A stretch of DNA of 64,000 nt from Octopus sinensis (lineage: Eukaryota): positions 16,244,001-16,308,000 of the forward strand of contig NC_043015.1 in NCBI RefSeq assembly GCF_006345805.1. Reading direction: 5' to 3'. The notes below the pieces were generated by a model, which searched no databases, had not been told where the DNA came from, and saw only the letters and a list, made by a program, of their open reading frames with translations. Shown in pieces: positions 24,898 to 37,647 of this stretch. The position numbers and the translations under genes are program-made. Every line of letters starts with the position of its first letter. The stretch's first letter is position 1.

Positions 24898-25445
24898 TTT
24901 CTACAATAGGCACAAGGCCTGAAATTTTGGGGAGTGGAGTAGTCAATTACATCAACCCTGAAAGGATAAAAGTTAAAGCCGACTTTGGTGGAATTTGAAC
25001 TCCGAATGTGAAGATGGATGAAATACGGCTAAGCATTTCACCTGGTCTGCTAATGAGCCTGTCAGATTGCCTCCTTAATAACAACAACAACAACAATAAT
25101 AATAATAATATAATAATAATAATCCTTTCTACAAAAGGCACAAGACCTGAAATTTTGGGGGAAGAGGCTAATTGATTACATCGAGCCCAGTGATCAATTA
25201 GTACTTATTTATCGACCCCAAAAGAATGAGTGGAATTTGAACTCAGAACATAAAGACAGCCGAAATACTGATAAGCATTTTAACTGGTGTACTAACGATT
25301 CTGCCAGCTTGCTGCTTTAATATCCTTTCTACTATAGGCACAAGGCCTGAAATATTGGGGAAGGGGACTAGTCGATTGAATTGACCCCAGTGGTCACTGG
25401 TACTTAATTTATTGAAGGATGTAAGGTAAAATCGACCTTGGCGTT
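24898..25445 (-). mobile_element. Head-to-tail array of three SINE family B copies
   Basis: Copies at ~24898-25075, 25125-25320 and 25322-25445, each starting tttctac..taggcacaag.cctgaaat on +, joined by (AAC)n(AAT)n tail. Confidence 0.8.
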
Positions 25446-25865
25446 TCTGCAAGAGCAATAAATGTTTGAATAAAAAAACCCATTTTAAATATTTTCTGAG
25501 GTTTTGTAACTTAGAAAATTTTCAACAAGGTGTTAACAGTCGGGTATGCACAATGGTTAATCTTTAATTATTAGCTATTATCATCATTAAAATCACTGTG
25601 AATGACAGACTAGACATTCTTGATTCCACATACTCATTATATTTGAAGTAGTCTTTAATACAGTTTAGTTTCCATGGCAATCTTATTACAATTAGAAGTC
25701 AGAATGCAACAAACTGAAATTGGTACTAAGTTTTAATTCCTGTTTTTTTTTTTTTAAATATGTCTCCTCCATTCTCAAGATTATTCAGAAATATAATAAA
25801 AGTTATATTGATGACACTTATAAATTACCTTGTACAATAAAATTTCTTTTCTTAGTCTGTAATGG

Positions 25866-25897
<32 letters not shown>

Positions 25898-26014
25898 GGT
25901 GCAGGAGTGGCTGTGTGGCATCTTGGGCAAGTGTCTTCTACTATAGCCTCGGGCCAACCAATGCCTTGTGAGTGGATTTGGTAGACAGAAACTGAAAGAA
26001 GCCTGTTGTATATA

Positions 26015-26056
<42 letters not shown>

Positions 26057-26258
26057 TGTGTGTCTGTGTTTGTCCCTCTAGCATTGCTTGACAACCGATG
26101 CTGGTGTGTTTACATCCCCGTCACTTAGCGGTTTGGCAAAAGAGACCGATAGAATAAGTACTGGGCTTACATAGAATAAGTCCCGGGGTCGATTTGCTCG
26201 ACTAAAGGTGGTGCTCCAGCATGGCCGCAGTCAAATGACTGAAAAGAGTAAAGAGTAT
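25898..26258 (+). mobile_element. SINE family A copy with a deletion in the head
   Basis: Same body and tail as 324-728; the B-box part of the head is missing. Confidence 0.85.
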
Positions 26259-26409
26259 AGCAAATAAAAAATAATTCCCTTTCTTATTTTAATAGAGCAA
26301 TGTGAGTGAGGGATTTAAATATTTTAACGTCATACAAGGAATAATTTGTTTATATGGTGATCAGAGAACACTTAGAGTGTGAGTGCAGGTGTGTGAACAA
26401 AAATATACA

Positions 26410-29400
26410 ATATATATATACAATATATAATTTTATTTTAATTTTAATTACAGCACAAACTTTCATTATCTTTCAACTATAGGTTACAAACTGATTATTA
26501 TTATTTTTTTTAGAACAAAAGTTTTTGGGGAAATATGAAACAAAACTATAGAAAATACATAGATAAGGTTTAGAAATTGTTTAAATTATCAAAATAGAGC
26601 CATAATGATATCATTTTGTTTAAAATGTTTAGAGATAAGAATGTTTCTAAATCTGTAGACAATTAAGTCATTATCTAACAATGGTCTGTAATTCTGATGA
26701 AACTAAAATCCATGATGACTCAGTTCTGACTGCAAATTGAAGATAAAAAAAAAATTGAAAAATTAATTTCTGTTACAATAATTAAGTTACATGGCAAGAT
26801 AAATATACATTTTATTCCTTCTGATAAAATATAACACATATACATACCTTTTTTTTCTCTTTACAAATTTATAGACAAAAAAAAAAAGCTTAAATCATTC
26901 ATGATAAACATTTCAGAGTAGAATTTGTTTTCATAATTACAACCTATTAGATTTATTATTTTCAAGTTCAATAACTTTTGCCTTCAAAATTTTAAGAATC
27001 TTTGATGAGAGAAAATCAAAACCTCCAGGCAAAAGTCATTGAAATAATTTGGTGGGTTCGTGATTTCTTCACTGGCTTCATCATGAATTTCTGAAAACCT
27101 CTTATGTGCTAATGCCATACAGCATTACACTCTTTCATCTACTCGAGCCTGTATTGTCCATGAGTAAAAGTTTTTATATCTCAATCTTTAAGGATTTCCA
27201 TTATATTAATTTTGTTTTCTCTCAAAGTCACATTTGCTGTTTTACATATTAATTACATGCACTATTATTTATTTACTTCATTTATATTTGTTACTCAATG
27301 ACAAAGTCTTTCATCACACACCTGTCACCTCTTCAAAGATATTGTACTATCTTTAACAGTATCTTTGTGTTTGAATAATAAATGGTAAATATCACTGCCA
27401 AAATACATCTGTTTCAGAACACATTATAAATGAAACATTATTAAGAAACAATTAAATATTTATCTTCCTACATCAATGTTTTAATATCTGAAAAGCAGTT
27501 TCTAATCAAACTCTGCCAAGTCTCTGGCCACACAAGCATTCAGTCTCATCTTTCACCATGCTGACTATATCTTACTGCAGAATACATAGGATTCTCCCCA
27601 TTTAAAACTAAGTTACATACAAGTCATGATTTGGGGGCCCAACTGATGTGAATTTTCTTGGTTGCTGACAATGAAATGTCACCACTTCCATAGTGGTGGA
27701 ATTTTCAGTGCTTATATGAACAGGTGGGAGTTGCACATGTCTGGTCACCTGCATGACTTCTCTATTGAACATTGCTGAGGTCCAAGTGATGGTCAACACT
27801 GATCACCAATAGATATAAGAGAGAGAGAGAAAGAATTGCTGATGATTGTGTCCTTGTCTCAGAGAAAGTGCAGAGCTCAGCAGGAGTCACACAGTTCACA
27901 TTTGAAAATTAACATCTAGAAGACTGATTCAAGCAAAATAGCACAACCTGAGCCCATCACTATTAAAGAGCAAGTTCAATGAAAAACAAAACAGGTTGAG
28001 ACAGTAACTGTGAAACACAAGCAGATGTCATTTCAAGTGAAACGAAAAGTATTAGCCATTCTATTACACAGGTTGAGGCATAGATGATATACCATAAAAC
28101 AGGTAAAAAAAATGCTGCATGCATTCATGAGACAGAAACTTATGGAAAGATAAAATGAAGAACATATTCATTCTACAGAAGGCCAGCTTTTAGGTGGTTT
28201 CTGACAAGTTGGATTTCTAGCAGTACCCTTTAACTGATAGGAGGCACCAGTCATACTGGGTGCCCCTTGTCACTATCACCTTCACAGAGGAAGATAATGA
28301 TACAGGGAAATAATCACTTCCAATGGCACAATAAAACTTCATTACGCAAGCGTTCTCTTGCATCCAATATCTCCAGAAGATCCTTTCAGTTTACATACAC
28401 AGAAATTCTTTGTTAAACTGTCAGCAATAGTGCTGTACACACACCAGCTGAAATGACTGACATAGTGTGCATGGTTGACTTGTGGATAGATACCTTCTAG
28501 AAACCTCTGTAGCCACTGTGTTAATGGTTAATGCATGGCTGGTGAACCAACACAAAGGTCAAAGACCAGCTAAGTACCATTTTAAAGTGGAACAATGGAC
28601 TCATGAATGAAATACCTGGCTACTTAATGTTCACTTTGGCAGTCTCAGCATTGGAGGGGGGGGGAGATATGAAGGGTAGAAACATACTTGGCACTACCTG
28701 AAGCAAGAAAAGAGATATAAACATTATGTAATATTTAGCCTTTCCAACCAAACATTTATATATCTCATCTGCAATCAAAACTGCTCATCAATGCTTAGGA
28801 TGTACAGGCATAAAAGGATTCACTAAAAAGAAAATAACGATGTTCATCATCAATTTGGTTTCAATGATGACCATAAGGAAGCGTGCATATGTGTGTGTGC
28901 ATGTATGCATGTACACAAATAAATACAATGGAAGTTTACAATTAAAATATTATAGAATAGTTAGAGGTTGTAAAGGAGCAGTGCAAGAAACAGCAGTTCC
29001 AATTTTAGAGATCAGTGATGTACAACTAATTCATTAAAAACAGGTACAAAAAGTAGAAATTCTGAGTGCCTCCAGTTTTCTTACAATCCAATGGAAACCA
29101 AACTCCTTTCGGCTTCAGCTGGATATTGTAGCAATTAAGTAAGTGTTGTACAATAAAATGCTGGATATATTCCTACTTAGTTGTTTATTGTAAATTTAAG
29201 TCTAAGCTTAGAAAATATAATGGAAGCATACAATCAAATACTGTAATATCAGTAAACTAATGCTTCAAAAATGTTTTTGGAGGGAGAGAAAAAAAAAGTT
29301 AAAAAATGCTATTATCTTCAAGAAAAAAAAAAGAAAAAAAATTTAATTTGCAAGCATATTAGTAGCATCCAACTAACAGTTTAGTAATAATAGATTTAAA

Positions 29401-32400
29401 AGCTTTCAGGAAGGTTTTATATGATTGTTATATTTCAAGAATCTTTTAAATAATTTTGAAGTAATTATAATTATAAAACAATTTTAATTAAACTATTATT
29501 GGAGTACACATTTGGTCCACTGTGTCCAAAAGGAAATGAAATGTAAAATAAAACTGGATAAAATGCAAACTTTAATGATGAACATGTCAGAAATACCACT
29601 GAAAAGAAACAGTGATACCTTTAACAATGAGAGAAGGCAGAAACACCTCTGTCAATAGCAAGAAAGTAAGGAAGTAGAAAGATACCTCTGTAAAAACCAA
29701 CTCCCACAATATAGGGCAACATATAGGTGAACAGAAAAGTAGTGGATCCAATTTACTGAGCTATGGAGAAAGATTGTAACTGAAGTTTATAAAAGGTAAG
29801 CGAGTTTGACAATAAATAGGTCAATGGAAGATAAAATATTATACTTTGAAGAAAAGAAATAGCAGGATATTATATTTAGAGAGAAAGCTGGCAAAGCCTA
29901 AGTGAGAAGCTGAGAGAAGGTTATGTAATGTCTTTCATTGCCCCTCCCCACATACTGAAAAATATATAACTTATCAAATGCCTATTCTAAGTCAACTAAG
30001 GCTATCCAATTTTGCTGAGTCTGCTTCTGACAAGGAGGAAGAAGTGATGCTCATGATGACAACCACCATCATTTTATTGTTTAACTATATAAATTTTCTT
30101 GAAAGACTAAAAATAATTTGATGCAAAAATCTACAGTTTAAATACTCAGATTTAAATTATTAAAAGTTTAGTACGTATGAGCTTCATATGGCTTGGCTCA
30201 ATATAGAATTAAAAAATGACCAGTAAAATGAAAGGAAAAATTGTGTTGATTGCTAATTTAAGCTGTGACAAAACCAATCAGAAAAGGTGGAAAAATTTGA
30301 TCTGGAGTTATTTTAGCATTGTTCTGCTTTAGTTTTTCAACTCTTTTATCATTGATCTTATATCAAGCAATTATTTTACTGTCAATCCTTTCCATTCAAT
30401 TGGTTTTTCTTCCAAAACAATATGTTATGCTTTTTGTAACATTTAAACTTTTTCTGGGTTTACTGTTTCCAAGATACAAATTTCACATTGAGCAAAAGCA
30501 TTAGTTATTCTAATGTCTCACTGTACAATACTTTTAATATGCAAATCAAATACTCAACCTATTAATTAAAGCCCTTGTGCTGCTAGTTATTATAACATTT
30601 TTCAAACACCAAAGATCTTAGAAATTTTATTTCCTACTAACATAATTGTGTTAGTGCAAATTGAAAATTGCAAGTGTGGTACCATAAACTACACAATTTC
30701 TATGGTGTAGTATTTCCTTTCTTACAGTACTATTTGTAGACAATGACAGAATTCACTGTTTCTGTGAAAGCTCACATCAGTAATTTATTTAAACCCTCTC
30801 ATTCTTACATTTAACATCAAAGCCTTTATTGATTTACCAAAAAGAAAAAAAAAAATCAATAAATCAACATTAAAACTATTCCCAAAATTCAATTCCTCTC
30901 TGCTCTAATAGCATAAAATATAAACCATTACGATGGAATTTTTTCAAAACCATCCAGGGGATATTTACACAGCAATTCAAAGCTTTGTAAAAATGCTGTT
31001 CTTGTTTAATACAGCGACTCATTATTTTCTAAAATACTATGTACAGAAATAATACTAAAGAATTTTTTTCACTTGCCTACACAAAGAAACCAAACTACCA
31101 TGCAGTTACCCTTAATAAAAAATATTAGTTTATCCTATTTTAACTTCCTAAAGCCACCAACTGATTTTCTGTAGAGGGAACAGTTAGTAATGAAAACTGT
31201 TAAACATTCCAGGCGGTCAAATAAACCAACAAACAAAACCCTTCTTCACACCATCTGTACTTTATGGAGTGCTTTTTCACTGACAGCTAGATTGTTAAGA
31301 TGAAATAAAAATGATAAAACCAATAAATATTATTATCAGCAGTTAATGAAGAAGTCAAAAGGAAGGCACTGAGAGAAAGAGACAAAGATAGGGAGATTGA
31401 GAAATCAGTGAAAAATAACAAGCATCAGTAAATGACTGCAAGAATAAAGAATTCTGAAGAGGAAAAAGAAAACTTACAAAGGCAATGGATTCCAGTTGTT
31501 GGGTCTGTGAGTAATAAAAATAACAAAGACTCAAGCATAAATATTCAATAATAGAATCACTATTCCAATAAAGAAATGAATCCTTTATGAGTGACATTGA
31601 AGATATTCAAATAACTGCTAGAGACTTCAATGGTATATTAATCAGTAGAAAAAATGAAGTCATTATTTAAATGGAAAGGAGATTATTAGCCTCAAAACAG
31701 ACACGGTACAAAGCTATGCAAATTGACAAATTGTTATATATCCTCCAAACTACACAAACATATTTGTATATTGTCATCATTATCATCATCAACATTATCT
31801 TAAATGTCCATATCCATTTTCCATGTTGGCATACATTCTAATAAAACATATTGCACATAAAATCACAACAGAATAGTTTTTATTTTTATTTTTGCATCAT
31901 TAAACTAGTTCCCTAAGCTTACTTCTTTGAGCTAATCATGTTGCAGCTGCATAGGATAATTTTTTAAGTGCAAAATTTGATTAATGAGAGTGGAACCAAA
32001 CATAAACCATGGTCCAAAAATTCTATAAAATAAAAGGTTATGTTATTCAATGTGGTAGATGTGGGATTGGCTTCTTGATGTGGTGTGCCAAAAGCAAAAT
32101 AAACAGCAGTTGTACAATAGTTTCAGTGACAATGACCAAATAGTACCAGCTTAGAATTGAACATCAAACAAATTTTTATAAGAATATGATCAACAAATAA
32201 CATATTTAAAAATATTTTTATGATTATAAATAAGTTTTGTATAGTTATTAGATTGTTGATCTAACATTGAAAATACAAAAGACAGTTTATTATTATAAAT
32301 TGCTATTTTGTCATAGTTTAAGGTATTTTTGCAGACATTAACACCAAATTTGTATCTTGTGGCTTGCAGATATATTGCAAGAAATTCAGTAGAAAATTCT

Positions 32401-32489
32401 GCTAGGCACAGCAACATTCTAGCAATTCTAAAACAAATATGAGAATAAACACTTTTGAACAGGTGTTTCAGTATCATTTTGACTACTTC
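26410..32489 (-). other. Inferred long 3'UTR of the SA gene
   Basis: AT-rich, nearly free of the repeats that fill flanking DNA; AATAAA on - at 26432-26437 followed by a U-rich tract; further AATAAA sites inside. Confidence 0.4.
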
Positions 32490-32537
32490 CTAAAATGAGT
32501 TACTGTCCACAATGATTGAAGCTGCATGCCTACACCT
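32490..32537 (-). CDS. STAG1/2: Tentative terminal coding exon of SA (RCRHAASIIVDSNSF*)
   Basis: First AG (ctaag) after a long pyrimidine tract on the - strand; phase 0 fits; weak resemblance to STAG1 SAAIIEDDSGF; other AGs nearby give other endings. Confidence 0.4.
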   Translation of the reverse strand, partial: RCRHAASIIVDSNSF

Positions 32538-32751
32538 CTTAGATGCAGGTGAGAAGATTGAGAATTAAGAAAAGAGATTGGGAGATATGGAAGAAGTAGA
32601 GAATGTAAAAAAAAAACGGAGAAAAATTTTTAGAGAATGAGAATGTGGAAACAGGGAAGAGAGACTGAGAGAAAGGGAGAGACTTAATGAAAAGAAAATG
32701 GTTCTTTTTAAACTTAGATACTCATGAACCTCTTTAACATTCAACACTTAC

Positions 32752-32902
32752 TGATGGATCTTCAATAGGAGGTCCATCTTCTTCAAAAAGTCCTCCTTGC
32801 ATGACAGGATGATGGGCTCGACCTCTGGCTGACACAACATCAGAATTGTCAAATTCATTCATGTGGCTTTCTCCTTCTTCAGACACATTTTCAAGACTTG
32901 AC
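32752..32902 (-). CDS. STAG1/2: Cohesin subunit SA C-terminal exon
   Basis: tgtag acceptor, 151 nt, SSLENVSEEGESHMNEFDNSDVVSARGRAHHPVMQGGLFEEDGPPIEDPS, donor gtaagt; GLFEEDGPPIED resembles STAG GLMEEDAEPIFED. Confidence 0.8.
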
Positions 32903-33299
32903 CTACATCCGTAAAATCAAATAAATATCAAGTTATTTTTATTTCAAAAGAAACCTAAAGTCTAAGAACCAATGCTTAATTAACAGAAAAGAAATGTTTG
33001 CTGATAGATCTTTTCTAAGTGGATGCCATCAGATTAAGCCTCTAGACAAGATATATTCTATTAATGAAATATAATATGACTAACTTGGCTAATTGGTTAT
33101 TTTTCATGTTAAAAATATTGAAATAGGTAAAAAGAGTTATGTAAACAAATGGCTCAGTCACTTTCACTTTGAAGATATTCTTAATTTGTTATGACTAAAT
33201 TGGACTCAGTCGTCTAAATACACTTTTCTATATGTGTATGTATTGCATTATGATTGGAGAAACAGATATACCAAAAGATTGTAGCTAACCTCTATGATA

Positions 33300-33560
33300 T
33301 GAAATAGGGAGGAAATAAAAGCTTCCATGGCTAACAACCAGTGTTTTAAGATAATTTTCTTTGCTAAAGCAAGGTTAGCTTTCAAGACCTCGTGATAGTT
33401 TTTTCCATTTTGCTCTATCTTTTGCATTTCCACCTGCCCAATGCTCTTGCCTAATTCACTTCGTCATCATCTTAACTCTTTCTCGGTCCTTTTCTTCTTT
33501 CCACATTCATTTCCCATCATTTGTCTCACTTGTCATCTTCACAATAACTCAGTCATCTCA
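33300..33560 (-). mobile_element. Degenerate RTE-like LINE 3' end
   Basis: - strand ...RRKGPRKS.DDDEVN...AKDRAKWKKL resembles G.RPRGRPRKRW.D...AQDR..W. Confidence 0.45.
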
Positions 33561-34878
33561 TGGTTAAGTGAGTGGAGTAAACTCAGCACCAAGTTTTGAT
33601 TATAATTCATATTTAGAAACTGAATTAATAATTCTCTCAAAGAGACACTATGTTACAACATAATTTTAAAATATTTTTTCTTAAAACTTGTTTTGAGTAA
33701 TTTGAACCATTTAGATTCTAAAGAAGTATTCATGGTTGAAATATTTAAAACCTATTCCAAAGCTATTTAGAATCAAATTGTCTACTTCTATTTCTTTAAT
33801 TGTTAATCTTCACGCCATTTTATAAGTTCAGAGTTATAGGGAAAATTATAAATTATTTTCTCCCAGATAATTATTCATACAGAATCTGAAGCACCAATTA
33901 CACTATAATTGCTGAACTATAAATGTTCTAATATGATCTAAATGTGCTGAAAATTTGATTTGATTTCAACAGTGTACTCAAATTATGAAGGAGCACCAAG
34001 TCAGACTGTGTTGATACTTTTTGCATTTTCTACAAAAGTTTTAAATTACACAGATTAAATGTATAAAATAATAACAAAAACCATGCTGACCTTAGTACAC
34101 TATTTGACATAACTGTTTTAATATTCATAATACACAGCCTAGCTTCCAGGGCTTACTGAGTTGTGAGAGGATGCAAGGCTTAAATGTAAATCATTAGGGG
34201 AGCAAAATACATTAGCCCTGCAGACACATGAAATGTACAACACTGGGGTGGGTGGTACTGCTTATAATTCACAAGACACGGACAAAATTACAATAGAGCC
34301 AACCAAAGGAATACAATCTCAAACAAGATATTATTTGCATCTCCATTCACAATAAAGTCTACCATGTTTTGTCACTGTATACCAATCAGTAGTTACATGA
34401 AATACAAAATGATTAATACATATATGACTTCAGCCAATAGTAATCTCTGTATATGCCTATTACAGTTTTGCTACCTTAGCAGCATCTCTTTTAGTCAAAG
34501 TTCCAATTCTAGAGAAACAGTTAAGTTTCATCTCTTTCAGTAGCACTTAATGCTGTTTCAGTTTCTCTGCAGCACAGTATTTCGACAAGTAAGGTAGTTT
34601 CGGTATTTGGTTAAAGCAAAAATAACACCTGGATAGCATAGAGGAACACTTAAAAAAAACTTTCAGCTGATCTGCAACATATGAGAAACCAGCTGATAGT
34701 GATAGACCTTGAGCTCATCTATGAGGGCAGCTGCCAGATATATCTGGTCATGGCATAGGTGGTGAAACCAAAGGCTGTGGACAATCATCACCATCACTAG
34801 TCCTAAAGAAAAGCAGAGATGTGGCTGCAGTACCAAAGAGCAGTGTTTACTATTCACTTTCTCCTTTAGTTACTCAAG

Positions 34879-35635
34879 ATCATCATCATCATCGTTAAAC
34901 GCCCGCTTTCCATGCTAGCATGGGTTGGACAATTTGACTGAGGTCTGGCAAACCAGATGGCTGCACCAGACTCCAATCTGATCTGGCAGAGTTTCTATAA
35001 CTGGATGCCCTTCCTAACGCCAACCACTCCCCAAAGTCCATCCCCTCCTCACTGTGGTGGGGACGCTGGCAACGGGTAGTGTCAGAGCTATGCCGTCGGG
35101 AACTTCGGTTCCTGGTAGGGCCACCCAAGGCAGATTGGTCAGACACCGAGTGGTATTAGGGCCACAACTCGGCAGACGGGGCTCTGGTGAAAATCCTCGG
35201 AGTGTTTGTTTCAGCAACCGGCGGTTCCTCGGTCGTTCTGTCCCTGCATCTGCGGCAAACAGGATGTCTCTACATGCGGGATTGTTGGGGACTGCTTGTG
35301 AAATTCATATTCCCACGAAACCTCTTCCACCGCCATGGTTCGAGATGCCTCGAGGGTGGTGGAAGAAGCCGACTCAACCCACCCAGGGTGAATGTCGCCA
35401 CAAGTACAAGTAAGTAAGTAGTCCAAGAGTGTAGTGGGTGCTTTTACGTGCCACCGGCACGAGGGCCAGTCAGGCGGTACTAGCAACGGCCACGCTCAAA
35501 TGCTTTTTATGTGCCACCTGCACAGGAGCCAGTCCAGTGGCATTGGCAATGACCTCGCTCGAATGTTTTTTCATGTGCCAGTAAGGCGACGCAGGTAACG
35601 ATCACACTCGAATGGTATTTTTTACGTGTCAGCAG
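34879..35635 (-). mobile_element. RTE 3' tail copy interrupted by a nested insertion
   Basis: Tail module continues across 35030/35422 (aaccactcc | tccaagagtgtagtggg). Confidence 0.85.
35031..35421 (+). mobile_element. Young GC-rich 5'-truncated LINE 3' end with (AAGT)n tail, probably another RTE family
   Basis: Open frame to TAA at 35413 (...MPRGWWKKPTQPTQGECRHKYK), tail caagtacaagtaagtaagtag, CpGs intact, possible TCC TSD. Confidence 0.7.
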
Positions 35636-35869
35636 CACAGATATAAATGCTATTGTCACCTTACCTTATACTACCACAAGATACCTTTACAAAAATAAGC
35701 CATTTTACTTCTCAAATTTGTTCTGAAGAACTTAATTTTTACTAAACTTAACTTCATGACTCACTTTTAATAAAGTACAAATCCAATCACATCAGTGTTA
35801 TCTAATGCTTACATGTATTCAAACTATAAAACTATACAATAATAAAAGAATGACTGACCAAATACTCAC

Positions 35870-35983
35870 ATGTTTGGTGGTCGTAAATGACTGTAGTTAG
35901 AGGTTTCAATTCTTTGTTGTAGGTCTGATTGCTTTGAAGAATCCAACCAATTCATCTGGGAAAGTTGAGTGACATCAGATATT
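35870..35983 (-). CDS. STAG1/2: Cohesin subunit SA C-terminal exon
   Basis: ttttcag acceptor, 114 nt, ISDVTQLSQMNWLDSSKQSDLQQRIETSNYSHLRPPN, donor gtgagt; phase 2/2. Confidence 0.78.
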
Positions 35984-36494
35984 CTGAAAATAAAATGCAT
36001 TAATTCTCAGACATATAAAGGAACATATAACAAATAGAATGGAATTCATTGAAAAGTAAACTATACTCAACACTTTCAATGTGAGAAATATAAGAACTGT
36101 TCTATTGAAATAGTTAAGCTCACTTAAAAAGTTACATTGTCTAAGTGACATAAGATTCTGCACACATCCTTTTTGGTACTTTTACAGTTTTTTTTTTTAA
36201 TTGCAGCAGGATCTGAATGACTGTTGCTATAAATAATTTTATAAATAAGATGCAGCTGCCTTCCAAAGAACCAGTTTTCCATTATACTGACTCTGACAGG
36301 TTATGCAACGTAAAATAATAAATATGAAACAAACTGTTCTATTGGATTATGACCCTAGCACTTTCACTGACTTCCTACTGCAAGTAGCTATTATATCTTG
36401 CAGAACTAATTAGTATCTGTTGTTAACAAGATATTTAAAGCAAATTTTATGAAAAAACAAAAACAAAAAGACTGATGCTTTACTACTACTACTA

Positions 36495-36715
36495 CTACTA
36501 CGCCGCTTCCACCACCATCGCTTAAAGTCCACTTTCCATGCTGGCATGGGTTGGACGGTTTGACTGAGGACTGGCAAGCTAGTAGGCTGCACCAGGCTCC
36601 AATCTGATTTCGCAAGGTTTCTACAGCTGGATGCCCTTCCTAATGCCAACCACTCCAAGAGTGTAGTAGGTGCTGCTTTTTATGTGCCAGCAGCACGGGA
36701 GCTAATCAGGGGGCA
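36495..36715 (-). mobile_element. RTE 3' tail fragment
   Basis: Same module as 2605-2915. Confidence 0.8.
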
Positions 36716-36815
36716 CTACAAATTAATTCTGGGTTATAAAAGGAATTCAAAAGACAAAGAGAAATGGATGAGGCATAATAATACAGACAGCAGTTTATAG
36801 GGTACAGGAGATGTA

Positions 36816-37196
36816 TGGAAGCACTCCGTTGGTTATGACGACGAGGGTTCCGGTTGATCCGATCAACGGAACAGCCTGCTCATGAAATTAACGTGTAAGT
36901 GGCTGAGCACTCCACAGACACGTGTACCCTTAACGTAGTTCTCGGGGATATTTAGCGTGACACAGAGAGTGACAAGGCCGGCCCTTTGAAATACAGGTAC
37001 AACAGAAACAGGAAGTAAGAGTGAGAGAAAGTTGTGGTGAAAGAGTACAGCAGGGATCACCACCATCCCTGCCGGAGCCTCATGGAGCTTTAGGTGTTTT
37101 CGCTCAATAAACACTTACAACGCCCGGTCTGGGAATCGAAACCGCGATCCTACGACCGCGAGTCCGCTGCCCTAACCACTGGGCCATTGCGCCTCC
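36816..37196 (-). mobile_element. Young tRNA-derived SINE (family C here) with 13-bp TSD
   Basis: tRNA-like head ggaggcgcaatggcccagtggttaggg...ggtttcgattccc; TSD tacaggagatgta at 36803-36815 and 37197-37209; CpGs largely intact. Confidence 0.9.
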
Positions 37197-37233
37197 TACA
37201 GGAGATGTAACAGTATTAAAATAAAGGACTTAC

Positions 37234-37471
37234 GTATCCTGGAAATCATCTTCAGAACCTCTTTCTGTTTCACGAGTTGTATTATTTGTATTGTCAGCAT
37301 CCTCTTCAAGTTTCCTCCGTTTCGGAGTAGGTGGCACAGGTAAATGAGGTGTAGATAAAGTAGTGGATGCCTGTGCTGCTGCTATGACAGCTGAGGCAGC
37401 AGCAGCTGCAGCAGCACGGTTGCTTGCCTCTTTTGCTAACGCAGCTGCATCCATGGTCTCATCTCCAGATG
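37234..37471 (-). CDS. STAG1/2: Cohesin subunit SA C-terminal low-complexity exon
   Basis: ttgtag acceptor, 238 nt (phase 1 in, phase 2 out, fitting both neighbours), SGDETMDAAALAKEASNRAAAAAAAS...PKRRKLEED...SEDDFQD, donor gtaagt. Confidence 0.82.
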
Positions 37472-37647
37472 CTACAAAACAACATTCAATTAAACTGTTG
37501 TAATTCTCCAAATTAAGTTGTCCATTCATATATCTGCACACACACACACACACACAAACAAACTCCCAAACTAGACAGTGTGACAGACACTCAAAACAAG
37601 GTACTGATGGGAAACTGAAGTAATTTCTATCAACAATGTATGTTATA

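Noticed and set aside
32190-32477. 95-aa ORF as the SA C-terminus
   Set aside because: UTR-like AT-rich composition, no STAG similarity, and earlier AGs after the pyrimidine tract are more plausible; kept only as an alternative.
37125-37196. tRNA-like heads (also ~660-728, ~10890-10975, ~21318-21390)
   Set aside because: They are fused to SINE bodies and tails, one with a TSD; these are SINE heads, not tRNA genes.
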